Shown: positions 22,378 through 31,692 of the stretch, in pieces
Layout of the letters: the number at the start of each line of letters is the position of its first letter
How positions within the stretch are numbered: the first letter of the stretch is position 1
Assembly: GCA_036559825.1 (NCBI GenBank)
Contig: DATBSK010000044.1
Span: forward strand, 1 to 39,079
Reading direction: 5' to 3'
DNA: 39,079 nucleotides
Origin: Acidimicrobiia bacterium
GTDB taxonomy: Bacteria > Actinomycetota > Acidimicrobiia > IMCC26256 > PALSA-555
Program-made: the position numbers and the translations under genes
Notes under the pieces: model-generated
The model's input: the letters and a program-made list of their open reading frames with translations, nothing else
Told to the model about the DNA's origin: nothing
Databases searched by the model: none

Positions 22378-23132
22378 CTCGCCATCGCCGCGACGCGGTC
22401 GTAGGCTCGTTCGCGGTGCTCTACTGGACGGTGAAGGGCGTGCTCACGCCCGTGTTGCGGGTCCTGTACCGCGTCCGGGTCGAGGGTCGCGAGCACGTGC
22501 CACGTCGTGGCCCCGTGATCCTCGCGGCGAACCACCGGTCCTTCCTCGACTCGATCTTCCTGCCGCTCGTCATCCGGCGGCGCGTCACCTACGTCGCCAA
22601 GGCCGAGTACTTCGACGACCCGAAGACGGCCTGGTTCTTCCGTGCCGTCGGCCAGATCCCGATCCGGCGGGAGGGCGGCACCGCCAGCGAGGGTGCCCTC
22701 GCGGCGGCCACGGGCGTGCTCGAGCGAGGTGGTGTGTTCGGGATCTATCCCGAGGGGACGCGGACGCGCGACGGGTTCACGCACCGCGGGCACACAGGTG
22801 TCGCACGTCTGGCGGCTCGAACCGGCGCGCCCATCGTCCCGGTCGGGCTGGTGGGCACCGACGAGTGTCAGCCCACCGACAAGAAGCTCCCGCGCGCCTT
22901 CCGAACCGTGCACGTGCGCTTCGGCGCTCCGCTGACGCTCCACCACTCGGCCAACGGTGACGAGCGGATGGCGCTCCGGGCGCTCACCGACGAGCTGATG
23001 TTCGAGATCGTCCAGCTCGCGGGCTCCTACGAGTACCGAGACACGTACGCGACCAAGAAGGCGGAGGACCTGCCGGTCGACGTCGCGGAGGTGCCGCGCC
23101 TCACGGTCGAGCCCGCGATGCAGGTCGCGTGA
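22365..23132 (+). CDS. plsC: 1-acyl-sn-glycerol-3-phosphate acyltransferase (lysophospholipid acyltransferase family)
   Basis: ILAANHRSFLDS (HX4D catalytic motif), GIYPEGTRTRDG (EGTR motif). Confidence 0.88.
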   Translation: MELRPRHRRDAVVGSFAVLYWTVKGVLTPVLRVLYRVRVEGREHVPRRGPVILAANHRSFLDSIFLPLVIRRRVTYVAKAEYFDDPKTAWFFRAVGQIPIRREGGTASEGALAAATGVLERGGVFGIYPEGTRTRDGFTHRGHTGVARLAARTGAPIVPVGLVGTDECQPTDKKLPRAFRTVHVRFGAPLTLHHSANGDERMALRALTDELMFEIVQLAGSYEYRDTYATKKAEDLPVDVAEVPRLTVEPAMQVA

Positions 23133-23139
23133 TCGACGA

Positions 23140-24627
23140 TCACCGGTCGTCGCGGGCCCAGCCGCGCGCGCGCTCCACGCCTCGCCGCCAGTCCGCGTAG
23201 CGGCGTTCCACATCGGCCGCGTCACCGCTCGGCTCGAAGGCCGCATCCTCACGCCACGCCGACGCCGCATCGTCGGGTGTCGCCCACACGCCTCGTGCGA
23301 TCCCCGCCAGGTATGCGGCGCCGAGTGCAGTCGTCTCGCGGACCTCGGGTCGCCGCACCGTCACGCCGAGTGCATCGGCCTGCAGCTGGCACAGGAGGTC
23401 CATCACCGCCGCGCCGCCGTCGACGCGGAGCTCCGCCACGGGGATGCCGGACGCGGCGGTCATCGCGTCGACGACATCGCGCGTCTGCCAGACCATTGCC
23501 TCGACGACCGCGCGCGCGAGATGCGCGCGCCCGGTGCCGCGCGTGAGCCCGAGGATGGTGCCGCGCGCGTACGGGTCCCAGTAGGGCGAGCCGAGGCCGG
23601 TGAACGCCGGCACGACGACGACGCCCCCGGTGTCGGTCACGCTCTCGGCCAGCGGGCCGGTCTCCGCCGCGTCGGCGATCACGCCGAGCCCGTCACGGAG
23701 CCACTGGATCGCGGCACCGGTCACGAAGATCGCCCCCTCGAGCGCGTACGTCGTGGACTCGCCGATCTGCCAGGCGACGGTGGTGAGCAGGCCCTCGACC
23801 GGCTCGGGGTGGGTCGGGCCGAGGTTGACGAGGACGAAGGATCCGGTGCCGTACGTGTTCTTGCTCATGCCGGTGGTGAAGCACGCCTGCCCGAAGAGCG
23901 CGGACTGCTGATCGCCCGCGATGCCGCTGACGGGGACCGCGAGGCCCGCCGCTGCGGCCCGATCGGTCGTCCCGAAGCTGCCGCTGCTCGGGCGTACCTC
24001 GGGGAGGCACGAGCGCGGCACTCGGAACAGCTCGAGCAGCTCGTCGGACCACGCGCGCGCGTCGAGGTCGTAGAGCAGCGTCCGGCTCGCGTTCGAGGGA
24101 TCGGTCGCGTGCACGCCGGAGCCCGCGCCGCCCGTCAGGCACCAGAGCAGCCACGAGTCGACCGTGCCGAACGCGAGCGAGGGGCTGGCTTCGAGCCCGC
24201 CCGTCGTGAACAGCCACTCGAGCTTCGTCCCCGAGAAGTACGGATCGAGCACGAGGCCGGTGTGCGCGCGCACGAGCGGCTCGACTCCCGACGCGCGCAG
24301 CTCCTCGCAACGCGGAGCCGTCCGCCGGTCCTGCCACACGATGGCGCGCTGAGGCGTGGCCCCCGTCGCGCGATCCCACACGACCACGGTCTCACGCTGG
24401 TTCGTGATCCCGATGCCCGCGACGGTGTCCTCGGTCTGCGCGACGACCTCGCTGAGCGTCTCCCGCGTCGCGCGCCAGATGTCCTGGGGATCGTGCTCCA
24501 CCCATCCGGGACGCGGGAAGTGCTGCGGGAACTCGCGGTACGCAGACGTGCGCACCCGGCCGGCGTCGTCGACGGCAACGGTGCGCACCCCTGTCGTCCC
24601 GGCGTCGATCGAGAGGACGACAGCCAT
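23140..24627 (-). CDS. glpK: Glycerol kinase
   Basis: LSIDAGTTGVRT, GWVEHDPQDIW, GITNQRETVVVWD and GDQQSALFGQ are the FGGY-family GlpK signatures over the full length (495 aa). Confidence 0.95.
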   Translation of the reverse strand: MAVVLSIDAGTTGVRTVAVDDAGRVRTSAYREFPQHFPRPGWVEHDPQDIWRATRETLSEVVAQTEDTVAGIGITNQRETVVVWDRATGATPQRAIVWQDRRTAPRCEELRASGVEPLVRAHTGLVLDPYFSGTKLEWLFTTGGLEASPSLAFGTVDSWLLWCLTGGAGSGVHATDPSNASRTLLYDLDARAWSDELLELFRVPRSCLPEVRPSSGSFGTTDRAAAAGLAVPVSGIAGDQQSALFGQACFTTGMSKNTYGTGSFVLVNLGPTHPEPVEGLLTTVAWQIGESTTYALEGAIFVTGAAIQWLRDGLGVIADAAETGPLAESVTDTGGVVVVPAFTGLGSPYWDPYARGTILGLTRGTGRAHLARAVVEAMVWQTRDVVDAMTAASGIPVAELRVDGGAAVMDLLCQLQADALGVTVRRPEVRETTALGAAYLAGIARGVWATPDDAASAWREDAAFEPSGDAADVERRYADWRRGVERARGWARDDR

Positions 24628-24641
24628 GCGCGGGGATCAGG

Positions 24642-25085
24642 TCAGCGGTCGCCCCAGAACGCAACCCCCGTGTCGCTCTCGGCGGGCTGCGCCTCCGCGG
24701 CGGGGAGCGCGCGGGTGAGCCGGGCGGCGAGCTCGGCCCCGAGCGCGCGGTGGCCGGGGCGGAACTCGAGCACGAGACGCGCGTCGTTCGTGCCGCGGAC
24801 CCGCAGCTGGAAGAGCAGGCGGTGCGGGTGGACCTTCTCGAGCGTGAAGGACGAGTAGCGCTTCCCGAGCACGAGGTCGCCGGGGCCCGGTCCGCGCCAG
24901 CGGCGGGCGAACAGCAGCACGCGCCGGTCGGTGAGGGCGATCCAGTGCTGCCGCCGGCCGAGGAACAGCAGCGGCACGTTCGGTCGGAGCTGGGCGGCCC
25001 AGCCCACGCCCGTGGTCGCGACACGTTCGCCGGGGGCGAGGACGGATTCGACCGCGGCCATGTACCGCTGCGTGCTGGCGCGCAC
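24642..25085 (-). CDS. Hypothetical protein, possibly bacterial PH-domain-like
   Basis: LFLGRRQHWIALTDRRVLLFARRW...LVLGKRYSSFTLEKV. GC3-rich frame. The start is uncertain: GTG 25085 or ATG about 25061. Confidence 0.55.
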   Translation of the reverse strand: MRASTQRYMAAVESVLAPGERVATTGVGWAAQLRPNVPLLFLGRRQHWIALTDRRVLLFARRWRGPGPGDLVLGKRYSSFTLEKVHPHRLLFQLRVRGTNDARLVLEFRPGHRALGAELAARLTRALPAAEAQPAESDTGVAFWGDR

Positions 25086-25122
25086 GAGCCGAGGTTATCG
25101 GGAGCCTGTCATCATTGGCGCG

Positions 25123-26151
25123 ATGCGCATCGGACTCCTGAACGGCGGTGGTGACTGCCCCGGGCTCAATGCCGTGACGCGCGCCGTCGTGCGGCGCGGT
25201 GAGGGCGTGCTCGGTCACCACATCATCGGCTTCCGCCACGGCTGGCGCGGCGTCATCGGCGGCGAGGTCGTCGAGCTCACCGTCGCATCCACCCGCGGTC
25301 TCCTGTATCGGGGCGGGACGGTCCTCGGCACGTCGCGCACCAATCCCTACAATCAGGAGGGCGCGGTCGACAAGGTCCGCGACACGTTGCGACGCGAGCG
25401 CATCGAGGTGCTCATCGCGGTCGGTGGAGAGGACACGCTCGGCGTGGCGCACCGTCTGTGCCAGGACGGTGTGACGTGCGTGGGTGTACCCAAGACGATC
25501 GACAACGACCTGAGCGCGACCGACTACACGTTCGGGTTCGACACCGCGGTGCAGATCGCGACCGAGGCGATCGACCGGCTGCACACGACTGCCGAGAGCC
25601 ATGACCGCGTGATGCTCGTCGAGGTCATGGGACGGCACGCGGGATGGATCGCGCTGCACTCCGGTCTGGGCGCTGGCGCGGACGCGATCCTCATCCCGGA
25701 GGTGCCGTTCGACCTCGACGAGATCGTGGCTCAGCTCGAGCATCGGCACGCCCGGGGTGTGAACTCGTCGATCGTCGTCGTCGCGGAGGGCGCGACACCT
25801 CGCGAGGGCACGATGGCCACGCTCGAGGAGGATCTCGACGAGTTCGGCCACGTCCGGCTGGGTGGCATCGCGGCGCGGATCGCGCCCGAGCTGAAGGAGC
25901 GCACCGGGTTCGACACGCGCGTCGTCGTGCTCGGGCACCTGCTGCGCGGCGGCACGCCCACGGCCTACGACCGGATCCTCGCGACGCGCTTCGGCCTCGC
26001 GGCGGTCGACGCAGCGCACGACCGCGAGTCCGATGTGATGGTCGCGCTCCGCGGCACCGAGATCGTGCGCGTGCCGCTCGGCGATGCCGTCGGGGCGCTC
26101 AAGACCGTCCCGCCCGAACGCTTCGCGGAGGCCGAGGTGTTCTTCGGATGA
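25123..26151 (+). CDS. pfkA: 6-phosphofructokinase (ATP- or PPi-dependent, actinobacterial type)
   Basis: MRIGLLNGGGDCPGLNAV, IAVGGEDTL, VGVPKTIDNDL, MGRHAGWIAL. Confidence 0.93.
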   Translation: MRIGLLNGGGDCPGLNAVTRAVVRRGEGVLGHHIIGFRHGWRGVIGGEVVELTVASTRGLLYRGGTVLGTSRTNPYNQEGAVDKVRDTLRRERIEVLIAVGGEDTLGVAHRLCQDGVTCVGVPKTIDNDLSATDYTFGFDTAVQIATEAIDRLHTTAESHDRVMLVEVMGRHAGWIALHSGLGAGADAILIPEVPFDLDEIVAQLEHRHARGVNSSIVVVAEGATPREGTMATLEEDLDEFGHVRLGGIAARIAPELKERTGFDTRVVVLGHLLRGGTPTAYDRILATRFGLAAVDAAHDRESDVMVALRGTEIVRVPLGDAVGALKTVPPERFAEAEVFFG

Positions 26152-27056
26152 GCGAGCCGACGGCCGTCTCGGACGCGCTGGCCGACCTGCTGACGCTCCT
26201 CGAGCTCGAGCCGCTCGAGGTCAACCTGTTTCGCGGGCTGAGCCCCCACGAGAACCAGCAGCGCGTCTTCGGTGGGCAGGTCGCGGCGCAGGCGCTCGTC
26301 GCCGCGGGTCGCACGGTCGAGGCCGACCGCCACGTGCACTCGCTGCACGCGTACTTCCTGCGGCCGGGCGATCCGACCATCCCGATCATCTACGACGTGG
26401 ATCGCATCCGCGACGGGCGCTCCTTCACGACGCGACGCGTCGTCGCGATCCAGCACGGCCGTGCGATCTTCAACCTCGCCGCGTCGTTCCAGGTCCTCGA
26501 GCACGGTCCCGACCACGCCGCCCCGATGCCGCTCGTCCCCGATCCCGACGAGCTGCCCACGTTCCGTGACCGGCTCGAGCCCTACCTCGAGCGCTTCGGC
26601 GCCGAGATGGTCGACTGGCTCACGCGCGACCGGCCGATCGACTCACGGCCGGTCGAGGACCCGAAGTGGCTCGCGCCCGGCCCCCGAGCACCGAGCCAGG
26701 ACGTGTGGATCCGGGCGAACGGCGCGCTCCCGGACGACCCGCTCGTGCACGCGTGCGTCGTCGCATACGCGTCGGACCTCACCCTCCTCGACACCGCGAC
26801 GCTTCCGCACGCGATCGGCTATGCCACCGGCAACTACCAGATGGCCAGCCTCGACCACGGGATGTGGTTCCACCGGCCGTTCCGCGCCGACGACTGGCTG
26901 CTGTACGCGCAGACGAGCCCGTCCGCGTCGGGAGCGCGCGGTCTCGCGCTCGGGCACGTCTTCACCAGGGACGGCACGCTCGCGGTGACCGTCATCCAGG
27001 AAGGACTGATGCGGCCGGTCGGAGGACCCGGCACGCCGGACGGTGAGACCGCGTGA
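26148..27056 (+). CDS. tesB: Acyl-CoA thioesterase II
   Basis: LLELEPLEVNLFRG...RVFGGQVAAQAL...HSLHAYFLRPGD...RDGRSFTTRRV, a double hotdog. ATGA overlap with the pfkA stop. Confidence 0.9.
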   Translation: MSEPTAVSDALADLLTLLELEPLEVNLFRGLSPHENQQRVFGGQVAAQALVAAGRTVEADRHVHSLHAYFLRPGDPTIPIIYDVDRIRDGRSFTTRRVVAIQHGRAIFNLAASFQVLEHGPDHAAPMPLVPDPDELPTFRDRLEPYLERFGAEMVDWLTRDRPIDSRPVEDPKWLAPGPRAPSQDVWIRANGALPDDPLVHACVVAYASDLTLLDTATLPHAIGYATGNYQMASLDHGMWFHRPFRADDWLLYAQTSPSASGARGLALGHVFTRDGTLAVTVIQEGLMRPVGGPGTPDGETA

Positions 27057-28102
27057 CGCAACGCGCGACCGAGCAGCCGGTCGACCTCCGCTCGGACACG
27101 GTCACGAAGCCGACGGCCGCCATGCGCGCCGCGATGGCGGCGGCAGAGGTCGGCGACGACGGCTACCGCGAGGATCCGACGCTGAACCGACTCGAAGAGC
27201 TCGCCGCGAGCATGTTCGGCACCGAAGCGGCGCTCTTCACCGCGTCCGGGACCATGGCGAACCAGATCGCGCTGCGGGTCCTCGCGGTCGCGGGCAGCGA
27301 GGTGCTGTGCCCGCGGCGCTGCCACGTCGCCCGCTACGAGCACGCGGCGGCGGCACGCAACGCCGGCGTCCAGCTGCGTGGGCTGACCGATGACGACGGG
27401 TACGTGTCGCCGGGGGACGTCGAGCAGGCACTCGCCGACCAGGGGCACCACCTCCCGCCGGTCTCGGCGATGCTGCTCGAGAACACGCACATGCCCGCGA
27501 GCGGTCGGCCGCTCTCGGTGGAGGCGACGGTGTCGATGGCGGCACCGGCGCGCGCGGCAGGGGTGCGCGTGCACCTCGACGGCGCGCGCCTCTGGAACGC
27601 CGCGCTCGCGCTCGGGACGACGCCGGCCGCGCTCGCTCGCCCCGCCGACACCGTCATGGCGTGCCTCTCGAAGGGACTCGGGGCCCCGATGGGTTCGGTG
27701 CTCGGCGGGCCTGCCGACGTCATCGACGCCGCGCGCCGTGAGCGTGCGCTCCTCGGTGGCAACCTCCGCCAGGGTGGCGTGGTCGCCGCAGCCGGCATCG
27801 TCGCGCTCGAGACGATGATCGAGCGTCTCGCGGACGACCACCGCCGCGCCCGCCGGCTCGCGGAGGCACTCGCCGACCTCTTCCCCGGGAGCATCGACCC
27901 CGACGGCGTCCTCACGAACATCGTGTGCGCGCCTCTGTCGGCGTTCCCGCGCGACCTCGTCGCGCGGCTCGACGCACAAGGCGTGCGCTGCGGCACGATC
28001 GACGCGCGAACCGTGCGCTTCGTCACCCATCTCGATGTCGATGACACCGGGACCGAGCACGCGATCTGCGCGTTGAGCGCGATCGCTCACGAGAGGAGCT
28101 GA
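27053..28102 (+). CDS. ltaE: Low-specificity L-threonine aldolase (beta-eliminating lyase family, PLP)
   Basis: VDLRSDTVTKPT...GDDGYREDPT...FTASGTMANQ...CLSKGLGAP (PLP lysine). GTGA overlap with the tesB stop. Confidence 0.9.
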   Translation: MTQRATEQPVDLRSDTVTKPTAAMRAAMAAAEVGDDGYREDPTLNRLEELAASMFGTEAALFTASGTMANQIALRVLAVAGSEVLCPRRCHVARYEHAAAARNAGVQLRGLTDDDGYVSPGDVEQALADQGHHLPPVSAMLLENTHMPASGRPLSVEATVSMAAPARAAGVRVHLDGARLWNAALALGTTPAALARPADTVMACLSKGLGAPMGSVLGGPADVIDAARRERALLGGNLRQGGVVAAAGIVALETMIERLADDHRRARRLAEALADLFPGSIDPDGVLTNIVCAPLSAFPRDLVARLDAQGVRCGTIDARTVRFVTHLDVDDTGTEHAICALSAIAHERS

Positions 28103-28107
28103 CGAAG

Positions 28108-28899
28108 ATGGGTCGAGTCCTGGTGACAGGTTGCTCGTCCGGGATCGGGCGCGCGTCGGCCGTCGAGCTCACGAAGCGAGGTCACGACGTGGTCGCGACC
28201 GCGAGACGGGCCGCTTCCATCGAGGACCTCGACGTGGCCGAACGCCTCGTCCTCGACGTCGACGACGACGATTCGGTCGGGCACGCCGTCGCCGGGGCCG
28301 GCGACCTGGACGCGCTGGTCAACAACGCGGGTTTCGGCATCGCGGGACCGATCGAGCAGGTGCCGCTGCCCGAGGTCCGCGCGGTCATGGAGACCAACTA
28401 CCTCGGTGTGGTGCGGATGCTCCAGGCCGTCCTGCCGGGGATGCGTGCCCGGGGCGGTGGCGTGATCGTCAACGTCTCGTCGCTCGTCGGGCGCGTCGCT
28501 CCACCGCTCGGGGGCGTGTACGCGGCGTCGAAGTTCGCCGTCGAGGGCCTGACCGAGGCGCTGCACTACGAGGTGGGGCACTTCGGCGTCCGTGTCCGGC
28601 TCGTCGAACCGGGCATGTTCGCCACCGAGTTCCAGGCCAAGGAGTTCTCGTTCCCGATCGCGGCGCCCTACGACGAGCTCGAGCGCGAGTGGGAACGCGC
28701 CCGCGGCGTGCTCGGGGGCCCGGAAGCCCCGGGGCCGGAGGCCGTCGCGAGCACGATCGCCGATGCGATCGAGAGCGAGGAACCCCGGCTGCGGTGGCCC
28801 GTGGGCGCCGACGCGGAGATGGTCCTCGCGGTGCGGGCCACGAGCACCGACGAGGAGTTCGAGGCGACGATGCGGGGAACGCTCGGACTCGAATGGTGA
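28108..28899 (+). CDS. SDR-family oxidoreductase (classical, short N-terminus)
   Basis: VLVTGCSSGIGRA, NNAGFG, YAASKFAVEG. Confidence 0.9.
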   Translation: MGRVLVTGCSSGIGRASAVELTKRGHDVVATARRAASIEDLDVAERLVLDVDDDDSVGHAVAGAGDLDALVNNAGFGIAGPIEQVPLPEVRAVMETNYLGVVRMLQAVLPGMRARGGGVIVNVSSLVGRVAPPLGGVYAASKFAVEGLTEALHYEVGHFGVRVRLVEPGMFATEFQAKEFSFPIAAPYDELEREWERARGVLGGPEAPGPEAVASTIADAIESEEPRLRWPVGADAEMVLAVRATSTDEEFEATMRGTLGLEW

Positions 28900-29618
28900 G
28901 CCTGCTCGTCCCGGACACACCGGCGAGCGCGCTCGCCGTCTACGCCCATCCGGACGACCCCGAGATCTCGTCGGGAGGGACGCTCGCACGCTGGGCCGCC
29001 GCCGGCGCCCGCGTCTGGGTGCTCATCACGTCGCGCGGCGACAAGGGCACCGACGACCCCGACGCCGACCTCGAGGCGCTCGCGCACCGCCGCGTCGAGG
29101 AGACGGCCGTCTCGACGGCGGCGCTCGGGCTCGAGGACCACTTCCACCTCGAGCACGCGGACGGTGAGCTCGTCGAGGACCGGGATTTGCGCGGCGAGAT
29201 CGTGCGGTACGTCCGCCGGCTCCGGCCGGAGGTCGTCCTCTGCCCGGATCCGACCGCCGTGTTCTTCGGTGACTCGTACTTCAACCACCGTGACCACCGC
29301 GTCACGGGATGGGCGACGCTCGACGCGGTCGCGCCTGCAGCCGGCAACCCGCACTACTTCCCGGAGCACCGCGACGAGGGCCTCGACGTGCACCACGTCC
29401 GTAACGTCTTCCTGTCAGGGACGCTCGAACCCAACTGCTGGGTCGACATCACGGCGACGCTCGAGCAGAAGATCGACGCGCTCTTCTGTCACGCGAGCCA
29501 GCTCACGCACACCGGGGACTGGTTCCGCGAGTTCCTCAGGCAGAGCGCCGAGGAGGCAGGCCGCGCCGCAGGGGTGCGCTACGCCGAAGGATTCCGGCGT
29601 CTCACGTTCGGCGGCTAG
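28893..29618 (+). CDS. PIG-L/LmbE-family deacetylase
   Basis: ALAVYAHPDDPEISSGGTLA (AHPDD motif), ...NHRDHR... The start ATGGTGA overlaps the SDR stop. Confidence 0.88.
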   Translation: MVSLLVPDTPASALAVYAHPDDPEISSGGTLARWAAAGARVWVLITSRGDKGTDDPDADLEALAHRRVEETAVSTAALGLEDHFHLEHADGELVEDRDLRGEIVRYVRRLRPEVVLCPDPTAVFFGDSYFNHRDHRVTGWATLDAVAPAAGNPHYFPEHRDEGLDVHHVRNVFLSGTLEPNCWVDITATLEQKIDALFCHASQLTHTGDWFREFLRQSAEEAGRAAGVRYAEGFRRLTFGG

Positions 29619-29860
29619 GGGCGCGCACCGCCGCCCGTGCCCTTCGCCTTCCACTCCGACATCGCGCGCAGGACGAGGACGGCGACGATGCCCACGCCCG
29701 CGGCCGCGGCTGTCGATCCCAAGAGCGTCCCGAGCAGCTTCTCGCCCTCGCAGTCACCGGTGCAGCCGACATCCGCGAGCCCGTAGCCGATGATGCCGCC
29801 GAACAAACCGGCGACGACGACGCTGGTGAACGCGAGGAGGAACGCGGTGCGCGACGGCAT
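29615..29860 (-). CDS. Small membrane protein (81 aa, two predicted helices)
   Basis: MPSRTAFLLAFTSVVVAGLFGGIIGYGLADVGCTGDCEGEKLLGTLLGSTAAAAGVGIVAVLVL... An alternative GTG start lies at 29902. Confidence 0.5.
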   Translation of the reverse strand: MPSRTAFLLAFTSVVVAGLFGGIIGYGLADVGCTGDCEGEKLLGTLLGSTAAAAGVGIVAVLVLRAMSEWKAKGTGGGARP

Positions 29861-29953
29861 CTGCGGCGGCGCGTCGCGAGAACCGGCGTCGTCGGGCTCC
29901 ACCGTGTGATCGTACGGCCGGGCGGACGACCGCTCGGCGGTAACCTCGGCCGC

Positions 29954-30457
29954 GTGCGGGAGTGGCTCGTCGCGGGCGCGCTCGTCGAGGCGCCGGACGG
30001 TGTGCTGCTCGTGCGCAACCGCCGCCGCAGTGGCTCGTCCGACTGGAGCACACCCGGAGGTGTGATCGACGACGACGATGCGACCCTCCTGGAGGGCCTG
30101 ACGCGCGAGGTCGAGGAGGAGACCGGCCTCGTCGTCACGCTCTGGGAAGGCCCGCTCTACGAGGTGCGCGCGGTCGCGGTCGACCTCGGGTGGTCGCTTC
30201 GTGCGGAGGTGTACCGGGCCGTCGAGTACGAGGGCGAGCTGCGCGTCGCGGACCCTGATGGGATCGTCGTCGAGGCGCAGTTCGTCCCGCCGGGGGAGTG
30301 CGCGGCTCGTTGCGCCGCGGACGGCGCGCGGTGGGTGCACGAGCCGCTCGCCGAGTGGCTCGTGGAGCGGTGGGGTCCCGAGGACGCCCGCGGGTACCGC
30401 TACGACGTGCGCGGGAGCAGTCGCGACTCGCTCGACGTGCGGCGAAGCATCCCGTGA
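29954..30457 (+). CDS. NUDIX hydrolase
   Basis: Nudix box GGVIDDDDATLLEGLTREVEEETGL. Start is an inner GTG of track ORF 29906..30457. Confidence 0.85.
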   Translation: MREWLVAGALVEAPDGVLLVRNRRRSGSSDWSTPGGVIDDDDATLLEGLTREVEEETGLVVTLWEGPLYEVRAVAVDLGWSLRAEVYRAVEYEGELRVADPDGIVVEAQFVPPGECAARCAADGARWVHEPLAEWLVERWGPEDARGYRYDVRGSSRDSLDVRRSIP

Positions 30458-31692
30458 CCGGCGACCGGGGCACGGTCGCCGGCCGCGCGCCCGGGATCCT
30501 CCACGTCGATCTCGATGCGTTCTACGCGAGCGTCGAGCAGCTCGCCGACCCGGCGCTCCGAGGCCGGCCGGTCGTGGTCGGCGGTCTCGGCGGACGAGGC
30601 GTCGTCGCGGCAGCGAGCTACGAGGCACGTCGGTTCGGGGTCCACTCGGCGATGCCGATGGCACGCGCGCGGCTCGCGTGCCCGGATGCCGTCTTCCTGG
30701 CGCCGCGTTTCGACGCGTACGCGGCCGCGAGCCGGCAGGTCATGGCGATCCTGCGGTCGGTGACACCGCTCGTCGAGCCCATCGCGATGGACGAGGCGTT
30801 CCTCGACGCGCGCGGCGCCGAGCGTCTGCACGGCGCAGGCCCGGTGATCGCAGAGCGACTGCGCGAGCGCATCCACGCGGTGACCGGCCTCACTGCGTCG
30901 GTCGGCGTTGCGTCGACGAAGATGCTCGCCAAGATCGCGAGCGAGCTCGCGAAGCCCGACGGGCTGGTGGTGGTCGCGATCGGACACGAGCTCGAGGTCC
31001 TCCACCCGCTGCCGGTCGAGCGGCTCTGGGGCGTCGGGCCGGCCACGACCCGCCGCCTCGCGCGGTACGGCGTCGTGACGATCGGCGATCTCGCGGCGTT
31101 GCCGGAGGCGACGCTCGTCGCGGCGCTCGGCCGGGCGCACGGTTCGCAGCTCCATGCGTTGGCATGGAACCTCGACGCGAGGCCGGTGGAGCCGGAACGA
31201 GTGGTCAAGTCGATCGGGCACGAGGAGACGTTCGCGCGCGACATCGTCGAGCGGCCGGTGCTCGAGCACGAGATCGTCCGCCTGTCCGACAAGGTCGGTG
31301 CGCGTCTGCGTGCCGCCGGCCGAGTGTCACGCACGGTGCAGCTCAAGATCCGGTACGCGGACTTCCGCACGATCACACGGTCCCGAACGTTCGCCGAGGC
31401 CACCGACGTCGCGCTCGAGATCGCGCGGAGCTGCGTCGAGCTCCTCCACGATGTCGAGCTCGGGACCGGCATCCGGCTGCTCGGCGTGAGCGCGCAGCAG
31501 CTGGAGCCCGCCGCGGCGGTGCAGGCCGCGCTGCCCTTCGAGAATGGAGCCACCGCCGGCCCCGCGCACGAGCAGCGCCGCCGGGTCGAGCGCAGCGTCG
31601 ACGAGGTGCGCGAGCGCTACGGGGACGACTCCGTGATCCCGGCGCGCTTCGCGCCGCAGCACCCGGCACGACCGCCGTCCTCGCAGGCATGA
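30454..31692 (+). CDS. dinB: DNA polymerase IV (Y-family)
   Basis: ILHVDLDAFYASVEQ, SYEARRFGV, IAMDEAFLD, SVGVASTKMLAKIAS, LWGVGP. GTGA overlap with the Nudix stop. Confidence 0.93.
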   Translation: MTGDRGTVAGRAPGILHVDLDAFYASVEQLADPALRGRPVVVGGLGGRGVVAAASYEARRFGVHSAMPMARARLACPDAVFLAPRFDAYAAASRQVMAILRSVTPLVEPIAMDEAFLDARGAERLHGAGPVIAERLRERIHAVTGLTASVGVASTKMLAKIASELAKPDGLVVVAIGHELEVLHPLPVERLWGVGPATTRRLARYGVVTIGDLAALPEATLVAALGRAHGSQLHALAWNLDARPVEPERVVKSIGHEETFARDIVERPVLEHEIVRLSDKVGARLRAAGRVSRTVQLKIRYADFRTITRSRTFAEATDVALEIARSCVELLHDVELGTGIRLLGVSAQQLEPAAAVQAALPFENGATAGPAHEQRRRVERSVDEVRERYGDDSVIPARFAPQHPARPPSSQA

